A DNA stretch of 62,934 nt, filler included, from Choristocarpus tenellus KU-1152 (GCA_964200185.2; 8 parts of 8 records of this genome joined end to end with filler, not necessarily neighbours in it), one strand, 5' to 3'. Counted from the whole stretch's first letter, positions 36,038 through 50,331 are shown. Notes: generated by a model not told the origin, from the letters alone. Program-made: numbers and translations.

Positions 36038-36552
36038 ATGGCTTATCAGGATGCGGTCAAGGGCATAGGCTTCGAGCTGAATGCTGTGGTGCCATGGGTA
36101 CTGAGGAGACTGAAGAACATGTGCGGTTCAAAGATGACGGCTGCTCATTTGAAGTCGTATATTACATTTCACACTTTCGTAGGTTACACACCTGAAATCC
36201 ATAATCACAATGCTCAATGGCGAGTATCTAAACATACACCCATCCAACACTTTTCTTGCTTCCCAGTCTTGTTCCTGGAGGAAAATTGCGGTCTGGGGAG
36301 CAGGAGACGGGCTGCCTGTAGAAGCTGTGCGACCTGTTGTGGGAGGAACAGGAGAAACTGAGGATTACTGGGAGTACCATCGACCTTGTTGGAGGGGGGA
36401 AGAACGAAGGTGAATCTCCAGCGGCGCCTAAGGCTAAAGTGGTGGGGTCTGATTCAGGAGGTCCCACTTCCAGTCCTGTCAGCGCCACCCCAGAAAGGCC
36501 CAGCGACGAACTACCCCTCTCCTGGATCAGGGGGGAGAGACCTTTGCCTCAG
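36038..36552 (+). CDS. 5' exons of an unidentified protein; splicing ambiguous and gene cut by the contig end
   Basis: atcATG start MAYQDAVKGIGFELNAVVPW..., downstream coding-like exon ending CCTCAG|gtttct, and a CpG-rich upstream region. Confidence 0.4.
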
Positions 36553-36754
36553 GTTTCTGTTCGTAGATAGTGCTGCTGATACACTATAGACACCTGTTAA
36601 GAATATGCTTTTTATTCATGTGTAAAAGAAGATTCTGTAGAAGAAATAATTTAANNNNNNNNNNNNNNNNNNNNNNNNNNNNNNNNNNNNNNNNNNNNTT
36701 AATTAATTAANNNNNNNNNNNNNNNNNNNNNNNNNNNNNNNNNNNNNNNNNNNN

Positions 36755-36822
36755 TTTTCCTCATTTTGACCTAAATGGACCCCCTGGTGTAGACCCCCCC
36801 CCCCTCCCAGATACTTTGGGTC
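36755..36822. mobile_element. MITE end (AGATACTTTG family)
   Basis: tgacctaaatggac...poly-C-agatactttgggtc, the reverse complement of the left end of 52795-52968. Confidence 0.75.
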
Positions 36823-37393
36823 GATACTAAGAGCCAAGGGGTCCCCTTTGTCATCACCTCTTGTCACTTTGACGATCCGCACTCTCATCAGGTCCTCACT
36901 TTCCCACTCTTCACCTCCTGTCTTTGTCCAACTTTACCTCGTCCTCTCGGTTACGGCCCACCTTGCCCAGTCATTCTCTTCACCGCCTTTGTTTGAGTGA
37001 ACCGCGAAGCCACAGAATCGGGCGATTAACACAAAACTACAATAGCACTGTGTTTGTTGAAAGTGGGATTGAATTATTGAAATATGGAGAATTATGGATT
37101 TGTAATGGGTAGGAAATCATGGGTATAGTGGAGTTTGTTCTAGGAAAGAGTGGGAGTTGTAGATGCACACTGTGAGGTAAATTGGCCGGCGCAGACAGTG
37201 CAGGGTCAACCAACTTTTTATCAATGTTACAGGGTTGTAAACCTCTTGCTATATTTGTTCATAGTATTTAGTGCGCAAAAAGAGGACTAAACAACACCAC
37301 CATAAAATGCCTCCGAAATGCTGTTAACGCCCAACTCATCAACCATAACTCTCCAACATAGACCCGAAAATCAGTGCTTAGTGCCTCGGCCAG

Positions 37394-40323
37394 ATGGCTA
37401 CATCTCCTGAACCAGAGGATAAGAGAAGTGGATGCCCCATAAGGCCTAATTCGTCTAATGCAGAGCCAACGTACTTGTCGAAGATGTGGTCTAGCGTGGC
37501 CGCCTGGACACCGTTTCGAGAACGGACACAAAACCAAGAGGAGAGGCAAGCCCTGGAGTCTCGAGGTCCTGGAAACAGGGAAGGATGCCCAGTAAATGAC
37601 TCATCTCAACAACTCGGAGGTATACATAAGTACAACTCGCAGTATAACCCACTCACAAGCGAGCTGGTGTACGGTCAGGAACGTGCTCCTGGACAAAGGA
37701 CAAAGCTGTCGACAGTCAGGGAACGTTCAACTATTGCCAAAGGAGACTTCTCTCCACCGCATCAACCGGAGGTGAGACAGAACAATAAACTGCGATATGC
37801 GAAATTTATCCGTTGCCCTGCACCCAACTTCCTCCTAAGTCGCCCTAGTTCGAGTAGACAGAGGTATGCATTCCAACCCGTGTTACTATTGCTTTGTCTC
37901 TGGTTTGCATCCACCACATATGAAACAACTGCACTATACCAATCGCTCTATCCCTGAAACAAAATGCGACGAAGAGATCTTTTGTATGTATTTTGAATGC
38001 TAGTGTGGGTTGCTGCAGATCAATTCAAGGAGATTTTGTGTCGTCTTTCTCGACCCCACAGAGTGGAGTATCACAACTTCTATCAAGATGCCCCGTCTGC
38101 TCCTAGCACACCCCCCTCAACTGGGCATTGTGTGCAAGGGAGGTTTCATTTTATCACAAGGTGCAAGATGACAGGCTTGTCGCATCACTCGACCTACTTC
38201 GACTTTTAGATCGTAGTTTTGAACACGAAGATCGTGACAGCTAGTTTTCTCATTGTGAAACCTACCCCGAACAAAAATGGTCTCCAAAATCTGTTTGCAA
38301 TTGAACAGTATGTTGTAGTTGATATGTTGTCTCGTTTCATCCCAACCGACCCCATTGTCGCCGTCCCCACACTCCAATGTTTCAAGTTGTCCAGAGCCCG
38401 ATTGGCTAGATTCTATATCCGCTCAATCTCTGTTCTGGAAGTGTTTCCATAGTAGAATCCCCCTTGTCAGCCTGCGCTAGCAAGCTGGCCTGCCTATGTT
38501 GTTCTATTTCTGACTCTATTCTTCGATGTTTTAACAGAACTCAGCATCAATGTTTCTAGTTTATTGGGACACCCCTCGAGAATATTTCGCCCAATGTTAA
38601 GGTATGGGATGTCTCTGATGCCTTGGTCAAAACAGCAGCAATGTATTGGAGCAAGCTTCTGCAGTGATACATGTGCTGCTGTGTTACCTTTGACCTTAAG
38701 CTTTTGAGTAGAGCATTGGTGAAGAATATAATATTGAAATTTTGTGATAAGTATTACGAATGTCATGCTGTGGTAACCTACTTCAAATCGATTTGGTTGT
38801 TGGTACATACATATATGTGTGTGTGTACTGGGAACCTGGTTTGTTTTCCTTGCACACTTGTTGCTACTAGTGTGTCCTTGAAATGTACTCACCTGATGGC
38901 AAATGGATTATCAGGGCTTTTGGCAATAAACAAGCTCCCTCCATAGCCCTCCCCACCTCACATGCTCATCTATGTTTTTGTTCCGACAGGGGTCGACTAC
39001 CTGGGTATATCCCTCAGAGCAGCAGTATTTCAATGCAATCAAAAGAAAGGGGCACAAGGCCAATGAGGAAGACATGCCCAATGTGCTTGCCATACACAAT
39101 GCTGTCAATGAGCAGGGCTGGGCAATGGTGAGGGACTGGGAGAATCTGCATTCGCCAGGGGCTGAGCCCAAACTTCTCCGCTTCTGTGGCCGGCCCAATG
39201 ACACATCACCCAAGGCATGGTTCAAGACCAACATCATGGGGTACAAACCACCCTTTGACAGGTTGAGCATGAGTGCACATGCATGTGTGTATGTTGGGTA
39301 CCTTGCACAAGTGCAGTTTCTGCCTGTAAGTTGTCCCGAACTTGTGTTGTGTGTTTTTGGCGATTGTCAACATGTACAGCCTCCCATTCCTTAGCTTGAA
39401 CACGGTCTGAGAGAGATGTGTCCTTGCTGCTTACTGTCCCATCTTCTGGTTTTGTTGTATGCCAAGTTTTGGAACATTTCTTTGCCCCATCGTTATTTTT
39501 TTTGCATGTCTCCACTTGACTGACAACACTTGCTCAGGCTCACTTATGGAATGAGAAGTTCCTTACAACCATTTCACAACCCTCCCACTCAGACTTTCCT
39601 TGCCTACCCTTGACCATTGCCCCCACCTCTGAACTTTTTTTTTCTGATGCTACCATCTCAGGCACGACTGGGTTGTGGAACGCGATGGTAAGGAGGTGAG
39701 GTATGTCATAGACTTCTATGCTGGAGCAAGCACACCAGAAAAGCCAGTGGCACTACATTTGGATGTTAGACCTGCATTGGACTCCTTCGAGGTACGAGTT
39801 GGTAGAGATAGACTAACAGAGGGATGGTTGTTGGACGTTGAGAAATGGTGTTCTCATGCATTTTTTTGTTTTGTTTTGGTGGTGGTAACTTGTGTCAAGA
39901 ATTCTGTTAAAGTGTGTGGTGTGTTTATCTAGTTGAATTTGAGGGCGTGGTTGTTGGGGTTGGTGCAATCTTGTTTACTTGATTAGAGCATAAGAACAAA
40001 TGGAGATGTGAAAGCATGGAGAAGATGTGAGATGTTCAAAGAATCTTGTCCCTTGTTTCTGGTGTATATGATGATAACAACCTAGGATTAGGGGTTGGGC
40101 AGAAGAAACAGTAGTGTGACGGAACTGATGCTCCCCATCACCATGCTATGTCCTGGTTGTCCTTCAGGCTTGTGTTGACCGAGCCCACATGGTATACCAA
40201 CAAACCATTGAGCCAGTGGTGCAGAAAATTGGTGGAGGCTTTGTTTCAGGAGACAAGGGAACATCACATGAATCAGAAGATGCTCCTCTGAGACCCCCTC
40301 CGCCAGGGGGAATTGGGCGCTGA
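37394..40323 (+). CDS. HCCS: Holocytochrome c synthase (cytochrome c/c1 heme lyase), complete, 4 exons
   Basis: Exons 37394-37771, 38990-39261, 39662-39791, 40168-40323, all in phase. N-terminal CP motifs (GCPI, GCPV), [47 protein letters not shown]...[33 protein letters not shown]. Ends in TGA. Confidence 0.96.
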
Positions 40324-43300
40324 GAATGGCTACTGAATTGTTGGAGGAGGCATATTGTTGTGGCTTGTCCCTGGTGATGTAGGTACAGGAAGAGCACAAT
40401 GCTGCTGCTGTGTTCTTGACATGGGAAATTGTCAGTTGCTACATAATCCATTTGATTAGGTTCAGGAGGAATTCGTTGTATTTGTGGGGGTGACCAATCA
40501 TGTACTGTCAACTTCTGTCATCTGAACAAAAGTATATTGATTAAGGCGGTCCCATAAGCTGAAGCAATACATGCATATATCAGTCTGCAGTATAACATAA
40601 CATAGATGACGCTTTCATTGATGTGGTTTTCTTTTCTTGGAAAAAAGTTGAAATGGAAAGCACTCACCAAAGCAGGTACAAATATGCCATCCCAAGCCAA
40701 TACACAAACTAATCAAAATCCACATAAAACACAAAAATACCAAGCCACATACACATACATGCATTGAAAAGCAAGATGAAATTATTAAGCCAGAAGTATC
40801 TACATGCAGTAGTAATAATGAGGTGGAATGCATCCTTACCAGCATAAGTGTAAAATTTTCAGCACAACTACCATTGGCTTGCACCATATGCTAACCTAGA
40901 AATCAACTACATCATCCATTATTGACCCCAACCCACTTGTAGCTATCCCTTCCAAAGACTGCGCACAGGGGGGTGTCTGCCTTGCCCAAATAGCAGCGAC
41001 TACCAGCAACAAAACATACAACAGTAGTGGAGGACCCACACAACAACCATATTCTGCTCATTTTTTGGCACTGGCCAGCAGTTCTTTCGGCACAAAAAAT
41101 ACACCGGTCTTACTTACCTACAACCAACTTCCTGTACCTCTTCTCTGTCAAAATGCAGTGGGAGGTGCATGCACACGAGGTACAAACAAGAGATGCTCCC
41201 CATATCTCTAACAGCAAAAGGAGCCAACAGATTTTTTCAGGTACTGTCCTAAAACGGTTGGTTCTACCTTGACTGCAAATACTTCAAAGAGTGCAGTTAG
41301 TTGGTAGGTTGGTGTGACAAACATACCAACCTACCAACAACAACAGCAAAAATTTGCTGGCACGCGCAGAGAAGAAGAACAACCATTTCATCCTACATCC
41401 ATCCCCACTACCCCATTCCTTCTGTGGCAGCCATTTAATCACTTGGGATATGCTTACAAACCATGTCCAAATGCAAATTACACACGCCTGTCCATGTACT
41501 GGACAAGTTGAACCACAGAAACAGTCTGTCAAAAGATCACATACTTGTTTACACCCCTCTCAACTACGAAGGCTCACCTCTGTCAACATCAAGGTTTTTG
41601 AGACTTTGAACCATGGTTTGAAATATTTGTTCAATATCAGCACCATTGCACCATCAAAAATATGTGCCGAAAAGTTCCAACAGTCACACAGTATCCAAAG
41701 TTCACTTTTTGTGTCGCCTCCCTACACATACATTCCTTGAGGTCTTACACTAGTACCCTGGTTCTTGCCCACAATCAATAAATCACAGCTGGTACGTATG
41801 TGTGAGGTATCCCAGGAGGTCTTGTGGCACCTCATGGCGTGTCAATATACTCCAGTGTTCCCCTGCTTCTGCCTTGAAGGACTGGCCAAGGCAACAAGAG
41901 TGGGATGGTATCAGGGGTTGGGTTCCAGTTGTGGTTGAAGCTGAAAACAGTACCAGCATAGACAATGCCCCATATGCAGGGTGATCAGAAGGAAAGCAAT
42001 CGGAGAGCAAAGCAACGTTTGATATGTAATACATGTAATCTGTAGCACAATAGATGGACACAAGCAAATATACTATTATACATGGTGGAGATGAATAGGA
42101 GAGGGGAACAAAGAGTGTATCCGATGGTTTGACCTTGACAATAGTTCGTTCGAAAGGGAGATGGATGACATGGAGCCTGAATGGCTTTAGAGGTGGCAGT
42201 ATAGAGAGTATTTTCAAGCAACAGTATACTTACATGAAGTATTTGCCTAAACATCTCTGCCAAGGTGGGGGGAACAACCACTTCTGGATTGGGATCGTGC
42301 CAGGAGCCCACTGCCTGGCAGAAACTTCCGAACGCCTGCAAAACATGTAGCAAAACCAAAACATGGTAGGATTTTTTTTTGTCAAAGCTTGTGGGTTCAA
42401 ACATTCACAGGATACCAAAGTTAGATAAGAAAAAAAAAGTCTTGGTCAATTTAGTCTGTTCCACCAAGGTGGTATATGTCAGACCTCAATGTTAACGACA
42501 CAGTACTCACCCCTCCCCCAGCAGCAAGCATTGTTTAGAAGGGGCACCCAAGAGTGCAAAAGGTGAGCCTAGTCATGTAAAACATAAAAATAGTACTTCC
42601 TCTCACAGCAAAACAAAGAGACAAAAGAACATGTCAAATTTACATAAGCAAGTGAAGCAAAACCAAACAAAAAGGAACGAGCCAACTATGAGATGGGGTG
42701 AGAGAGGTGTGCAAGCCCAACACAGCACACACTAAGCAGTCCTTTCTTTGTGTCCCTTGCCCTCCACAACAGTCCTTACCCCCCCCCCCCCCCCCCCCCC
42801 CCCCCCACCCCCCCCTAACCCGCCCCCTCACCCCCAAACGGCTCATATATTNNNNNNNNNNNNNNNNNNNNNNNNNNNNNNNNNNNNNNNNNNNNTTAAT
42901 TAATTAANNNNNNNNNNNNNNNNNNNNNNNNNNNNNNNNNNNNNNNNNNNNGAAGAGGACGGAAAGTCTGCCAGATTGCAGCCACGGTGCTCCACCAACA
43001 CCAGGAGAGCAGAAGGAGTTGGGGACTGAGCTGGGACAAAACTAGTCCACCTGGTAAGAGTCATGGTGCTTCATCAGTACTATGGAGGAAGGAGGGGGGC
43101 AGTGCATGGAGGAGTGGGGGCCATAGAGGAGGAAGTCGGCAAGGTAGTAGCCATGGTGCTCCAGGAGACCTAGGAGGAGGGGGGAGGAAGGATTTGTGCT
43201 AGGGTAATAGGGGTGGGTGGGTCTTTGCCTGCCTATAGAGAAGGAGATGAGCGACCTGCGTACAGGTACTACATGTGCAACAGTGGGATCTATGCGTAGC

Positions 43301-45839
43301 TTCAATCTAGATAGGCAACTCACACGAACCTCTGAAGTAATTAGGCATCACAAGGGTAGGGCCCTACGAGACAGAATAAAACCAAGTCATGTTCGTATTT
43401 GTTGTTGGCCACACCATCCACCAGTTCAGTTGCTTATCAAAATGGTTGGACTATAGGATGAAGGCGAGGGCAGGTTGTCTGGTGATAGTTACAAATATTC
43501 ACTGCTGCTTTTCATCTGGCCTTGTGGCCGGCAAGGTAGTGAATGTGAGAAAAGACATTCTTATTCCTTCCCATCATTCTGAGAGGTCCCAGACCCGTGG
43601 TCAAAAGGAAGCCAAAGGGAGACACGAACAACACAACAAACGAGAAACATGAGAAGAGAGAGACAATAGAGAAAGACAAAGGAACACCCTGCAGGAAAAT
43701 AAATTTCCAAGACCTGAGGGACGGCATCTACCTTAACACACCTATATCCGCAAGATCTCTCTGGTAAACAACTCGAAAGAGAAAAAAAGAAGAGGTCATC
43801 GCCATGTCTCAGCCCATCCCATCACTACCACAAGAGAAAAAAACTCGATAGAGAAAACTCCGCCTACTGCACCAGGAAGAGGATAAGGACTCGAAATTAG
43901 GTAAGCGATAAGCCAATCAAACTGAAGAGAAAATAGAACAGAGAGACAAAGCAGTATTTCATCAGGCAGAAGGAGCTACATCTCAGCCCTGGTCTGCTTG
44001 AGCTGCCTTAACTGCTACTTTTGCATGGGGTATGTCGGCTATTTAGCAATACTGTCTCTTCTTTGGTACCACTCATCCAATTGGTACTTGACTCCGTCAA
44101 CGACATATGCCCATACCGCTCAGGGTCATGTTGATTTGCTGCAATAGTCCTCCACACTCCTCAGTCGTCACCTCAAACGTCTTGAGATTGTATTGCATGT
44201 ACATACACCAACAGTGTTTCTCCTGTTCACCTCGCTTCCGTTTTTCCACCCCCTATCTCCCCAAACATCACCATCGTCTTAGAAGTTTCGCATCCCCCAC
44301 ATGAGCAGTCAATCCTGTGGACAAGACTCTCCGCTTCTGCACAGTTTGCTCAGTAGTTGTCAAAACCGCAATCTTGACTAGGGCATCCTTGTAAAACACA
44401 TAGTGATCAGTGTGCTCTCCCATTTGCAAAAGTCAATGCGGCATAGCAGGATGGTAGTATATGGTAGTGAACCCTCACATTGACGTAATAATGGGGCTGG
44501 TGGAGTGTCCATACCATTCAACCATATCATAGCAGGACTTTTACCTCTTCAACCTTGACTGAGCATTATGTATATGGGGTTCACGTTCGGCCTTAGCACA
44601 AGGAATACATATATCATCGTATGTTCACGAGGCGTTAAGTAGTACTCGGTGCAAGAGGCAGTGGGCTAGGCTGAGAGTGACCGAGGAGAGGGTGTGTATG
44701 TAGATGTCGGTAGGACGTGACAGATGGAGTGGTGTGTTCATGACTATCGTTACGCTCTTTTGTTGTCCCCAGAGGGACGGACCTCACTTGGTTGGAGTGT
44801 AATACCAAGGAAATCCAGCCAGAGCGCCGCAAGCGACACTGAACCCAGCGAATTCAAAAACAGGTGTGAAATTTGATCTCCGTTGGAGATCATCTAGTTT
44901 TCACACTAGATAGAACAGATACTACACATGATCTTAGCCAAAAGGCCGAGAAGGTATGCCCGATGGAGGAAAAAACACATTGTTTATAAATCAGAAAAAC
45001 TTTTACCCACATGAACGTGGGACAAAAATAGATTGTTACAATATCACTTAACGAATCTTCAACACACAAGTAGTGTAGTGGAAATTTACTATATTCCTAT
45101 AGATGTGAAAATATTGTATATAGTGAACGAGTAGAATAAAGCCACTGCCGATTGGAAAAAATAATCGTTGAAGATACTATTCCTGGTGGTGTGTAAAATG
45201 TGTGAAGAACACGCTCGCTACTTATACCTGCCCTCATACTCATTGTTCCTGCCGCGACAACTAGGATATGGGTTAGTGGCCAATAGTTTCGACGAAAACT
45301 GCTTTTGCAATCTGTTTCCTGCTACTCGAGAAGGACGATGTATGGGTTCTGTTGAAGGTTTGTGTAGGCACGTGGGGGTAAGGATTACTCTTCGTCGGAC
45401 CTGCGGAAACATTGGTGATCGGAGCTAAAGTCTCCCGAGGATCAAGGAGGGAGTGCGGCCCGTGCTTTGTCTGTGTTTTTTTGTTTGTATCTGTGACTCA
45501 GACTAACGTGTGGCTAATACGTCCTTTCTTTCTTTCCTGGGTGTCACTCACAAGAACATCCTCTTGTGTACTTGGTCCCCGCACCTGTTTCTGAGATCAT
45601 TCCTTTACGATTTATCACAGAATTCAGATTTTCTCAGGAATTTCAAGCACTCAGACGACGAAGTTTTATTGTCGATGATGTGGAGCGATAATCCTATGAA
45701 GTACTCCTGTGTCTCACCTGTAACAACCATGATGGGCAACAGCTGACTTTTTATAGCCAGGATGGGGTGCTGCAAGGCGCAATGATGTGAGTAGATAACA
45801 GGGAGGGGTTTGTGCAAAGGGATAAAAAGGAGGGAATGC

Positions 45840-46100
45840 TCCGCCAGTCAGGGTTCACTTTGCTCCAGCAGCTCCAGGAAGAAAGAAACGTTGAGGGTTG
45901 TGTACCTGGGGGAAACCCGTGGGGGTTATGCCTGGGGCGAAAGGGCTGCCACAGTGCTCTCGAGCAGCAGAAGAGGGAAGGGTACAGGAGGGGGATTGTA
46001 TGGTTTATGCCTGGAAAAAAAGACGAGCAGCTCCATCAGCTAGCAGGAACAGTGCTCGAGCGGCAGAAGAGGGCAGGGTACAGAGGGGCTATGCCTATGT
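45840..46100. repeat. Degenerate ~100-bp direct repeat
   Basis: cagtgctc(tc)gagc.gcagaagaggg.agggtacag occurs twice; cagctcca and tatgcct blocks recur. Confidence 0.6.
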
Positions 46101-46357
46101 GACAGGGCTGTCCTGTGCCAGGGTAGAAGGGTGAGGTGTGCTGTAGCAGGGTCTGTGCTTCCCTGTGCAAATTTTGATGGTCGATCTAGCATCATAATGT
46201 GAGGCTGTGGGTCTTTACTTAACTTGGACACTGAAGATGGCAAAAAAGGAATTCAAAATTGTAGAGGCAAGCGAAAGAAGTCAGGGACTTGCCAAAAAAT
46301 CACATTTTGGGACAACCATTTCCTTCATAATGTTCGGCAAACTATTACTGGGCTAAA

Positions 46358-46399
46358 GAGCCAAAGTATCTTAGAGGGTAGAGCCGCGTCCAGTTGGGG
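46358..46399. mobile_element. MITE end at a contig break
   Basis: gagccaaagtatcttagagggtagagcc is the reverse complement of the right end of 54128-54385. Confidence 0.75.
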
Positions 46400-48929
46400 N
46401 NNNNNNNNNNNNNNNNNNNNNNNNNNNNNNNNNNNNNNNNNNNTTAATTAATTAANNNNNNNNNNNNNNNNNNNNNNNNNNNNNNNNNNNNNNNNNNNNC
46501 CCATCCAGACGAGATGCCCATTCTTCTCGTCCCAAATGCTCCAGTCGTCCGGTCTCCAGGATTTCTCGGGGGGGGGGACACTCATTAGGGTAGTCTTCAA
46601 TTACTTTTTTTGTCCACACTACCACCTTCAACTGTGATTTTGAAGGAACCCCTGTTGAATGGTGTGTGAGGAAGCTGAAACGTTTCAACGCAACTTGCTA
46701 CTGGTGTTTGGCACTCTATCTTATTGTGCAATTGCATTCTATAGGGTCTGTCGTGGTTGCGAGGACAGCCATCTCCATCACCAGACTCAAAAACTCGACT
46801 TCTTCTACCAGATCTCCGTTGCACCTTTCTGCCTCGATTATTTTTAAATACTACTCGTCTGTCGTAACCGTTTCGCCTCAAAAATTGACACACGATGTCT
46901 GTTGTACTAGTGGTGTTTCGTCTCTGTTCTATAACAGTAGTGATATGCGCGCAGCACGCGAGAGATCCTATCACTCACTTTGCGTACCACTGTTCGGTAT
47001 CGCACTGTCTCTTTTCTCCTACAGGTACTACTGGAGAGGTCTGAAGCTGCAAGAGGTTAAGCTCTGTGTAACATTTCTCTTCTTCAAGGTACACGCTCAC
47101 ACATTTCCATTTTTTCATGTCATCATGAGGTAACACATGAAGCGTCGAACTTGGTTTCATACTCACTATTGTGGCTGGGCATCTTTTCGATATTCCAGTA
47201 GTCGTCTATCGATACCACAACTAAGTCCCAGGTGTACGTGCGTGTCGCACACGGGTGTATACATACGCTAGCCACACACACACTATTATTATTCAGTTGT
47301 AAGTTGTCTCTAGTATACAGAAAGTCGTTTGCAACTTTTTTGACTTCCAACTCTCCCACCTTCTACTGTATTGGTAACATTGTCATTTACAACTCATTTC
47401 TTTGTAGACTGGAGGCCTATCAAGAGAGGGATCCGAGGGGAGACGCAGTTTGTTCTTCAACCAACTTCGTGTCGTGTGTTGTAGCGAATACTTCAAACGT
47501 TCTGGAGCACTGAGACCTCGGCGCTCTCGACCACAGCTTAAGAATCCGAAAGGATATAATAATAGCAATGCATTACTTACATTTCCTGCTTGAAGTAGAA
47601 TTGCAAGAAGCAGCAATGCACAACAATATGTAAGTATAAATATTCAAGATGATCCACATACAGCAACTCACTTCCAAGAATAATTTACAAATAATGATAC
47701 ACTGCCTTCTACGTAGTATCAGAGTCAAGCCAGCCAATTTTGAGAGGTCTTTTGTGTTATATCTACATCAGATATATAGTGGAGACAAATTCACTCCACA
47801 ATAGAGTGCCATCAACGTCATATGGCAGCATGCCTAGGATAAAAAAAACGGTATCCAGGACGCTACAACTTGTATGTGTATGTACATGTAGGTAGCCACC
47901 ACAAGCCGATTGAGTTGATATCATTACACACTGAAACAAAAGCAGTCAAAAATATCCAGTCATCTCACAACACACCTTACACATACCGCAAAATCATCTT
48001 TCACATAAATGCTTTGCACCCCTGGAGTCTGTCGAACAGCTGGAGTTGCTTGACTGACAAGATACAATCTACTACTTGCCACTTACTCCACTCACTCAAG
48101 AGAAACTGTTGATTGTTAAAAGAGAAACCTCCCAGTTTTCAAAACATCAGCAGGCTATTAATTGGAAGGAGTGTACTGATAATATCGCACCTCGGGAAGG
48201 CAACAGAGAAGGAACAGTTCCCTGACCAGAGACTAGAGGAGAGAAATTTTGCACAATGGCAACCAGAGAATTACTGCTGGACCTACAGTTACTCGGTTCT
48301 GACATATGTATACCGCCTCATTATTATTGCACCCTCTTTTACTTTTCCAACAGGCAGTGTTGGGGTGATCTGGAGGTCTACATGCCTGATTCTTTCTGTA
48401 GGGGACTTGGCCTTCTTAGTGAGGCTGTTAGACACATCGGCATTCCATCAACACAAGGGTGGGCAGCATGTGGTAGGACTCACAGCTTCACAACCTCCTT
48501 CTATGGGAAGACACTGTCATTCATTACTGTCATTCATTAGTAAATGAACATTGACAAACAAAAGCAAACGCAGCTCTTGAGACCATCAACCTACCCTTGC
48601 TCATTTTGTTTTGGGCAGAACACTGTACAGCACTGAGATACTTCCATGCCCACATGGGAAACATGCTTGCTTCAAGCCTATCTTACTCACAAAAATGAAT
48701 ATAATTTAGTGAAATTGACACCACTACTAACACCACAATGCTGTATGACAAACAGATAAAATGCAGAGCAAGTCATCAAGATCTTGTGCAAGCACACCCA
48801 GCCCATCTCACAACGGCATTGCTCTATTGTACACAAAAAGGCCTAATATATTCAGTAGAGAACCAAACACACACACACACACACACACACAGAAAAAGAA
48901 AAAAGCACAACCTGTTGCAGACGAAACTT

Positions 48930-50111
48930 TCATGGGTGCACATCACCATCCACATTTGTCAAGGTCACATTGTCCGTGTCATCCCCCTGCTGATCTACCA
49001 CACAAGGAACAAAGCCCAAACCTGGTTTCCTCAGAGAGAGATTGTTCAGGTCATGTACCACCTTTTTTCTTTCAGCCTGATACAAGGGGACACCCATAGG
49101 ACAATAATATATTAAAATAGGACAGGAAGGGCCAATGGGAGGGTCTGGGTGGAAGTGGTTCGAGTTAAGGTGGGCTAATACCATGGGGATTCAATTCCCT
49201 GTCCTCCTTTGCTGCACCACTACCTAGCTGCACATGAATAGTTTACTTCCTCTCTGGCCCTCAAATGTCTACATGGTCTAACTGCCAGTATCTGTGCATG
49301 TTTTGAACCAAAAAATTATATTTTCGATTTTACCATTTAATAAATGAGAGCAAAAACGAACACACCTACACCTTTATCGATATCCTTGTACTTGTACTGT
49401 CTTGTAGACACAAAAAGTGGGTGTTACACGTACTCCCTACCCTCACATTCGAGGCACACAAAGGAAGTTATGATATATTTATAGCACCCACTACATCAAA
49501 AACTACATCTTCTGAACAGATGCTATGAACAGGAATCCCTACAGCATAAAAGCAGGGACACATGTATCAACTAGCAGCCATGTAAAGGGCGATTCCAGCA
49601 GGTACAGATACTAAAATAATCAAGGTACGCCCAAAAAAGGAGGGCACGCAAAATGTTCCTCTTCTGCCAACAAAAGCCTCACATCAACACTCAATCCAAC
49701 AAATGAACAGATATTACACAGGCGAAGTTCAAATTTCCCCCTCCAACACTCATGTTTGCTAACATCCCCATCAACCTCCCCAACTTCCACATCATCATCA
49801 CCCATCACCTGCAACCCACGGCACTTGGCCTCCAGCAATGCCTTGTCATCCTTCAACTTGTCCACTTTTTTCCTACCCTCCTCTGCTGCAGTTTTTAGCG
49901 TCTCTAGTCCTCCTCCCTTCACTGTGCCATGACTGGCTGCTCCTATGTGGGGCAGGAGCTCAACCTTCTCCTTGTTCAACTGGTTCACCTGTTGATTTAA
50001 GGACGCAACCTCCTCCTGCAGGGCCATAATGGCCTTGCTGTCAGCCTTGAGACCAGCCTGCTGCAGCTCAAATCTTTTCGTTTGTTTTTTCCCCAATTTG
50101 ACCAGGTTCAA
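48930..50111 (-). CDS. 3' exons of a coiled-coil protein, possibly taxilin-like (50111-49809; tentative last exon 48989-48930)
   Basis: 101-codon exon with agtag| acceptor and CAG|gtgatg donor. Heptad-rich, ending KVDKLKDDKALLEAKCRGLQ, similar to the taxilin C-terminal LExLCRALQ. Confidence 0.5.
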
Positions 50112-50312
50112 CTACTTGCCAGGTGGGTTCAGGGGTTAAAAAAGAAAACGGTGTGTGTGTGTTTAGCAGGCATGCACACACACTTTTACATCTTCCATGG
50201 CTGGGGGGGGGGNNNNNNNNNNNNNNNNNNNNNNNNNNNNNNNNNNNNNNNNNNNNTTAATTAATTAANNNNNNNNNNNNNNNNNNNNNNNNNNNNNNNN
50301 NNNNNNNNNNNN

Positions 50313-50331
50313 CCCCCTAGATACTTTGAGC
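50313..50331. mobile_element. MITE terminal inverted repeat at a contig start
   Basis: ccccctagatactttgagcc. Confidence 0.6.

Noticed and set aside
36319-36321. TAG stop-codon reassignment (also the TAG in 892-1264)
   Set aside because: No in-frame TAG or TAA occurs in any conserved exon of TBC, HCCS, KAP3 or HMGS. Mutation or alternative splicing explains both cases more simply.
47870-48547. LINE apurinic endonuclease relic (similar hints at 32150-32650 and 43040-43500)
   Set aside because: The catalytic motifs (QET, GDFN, SDH) are not recognisable.
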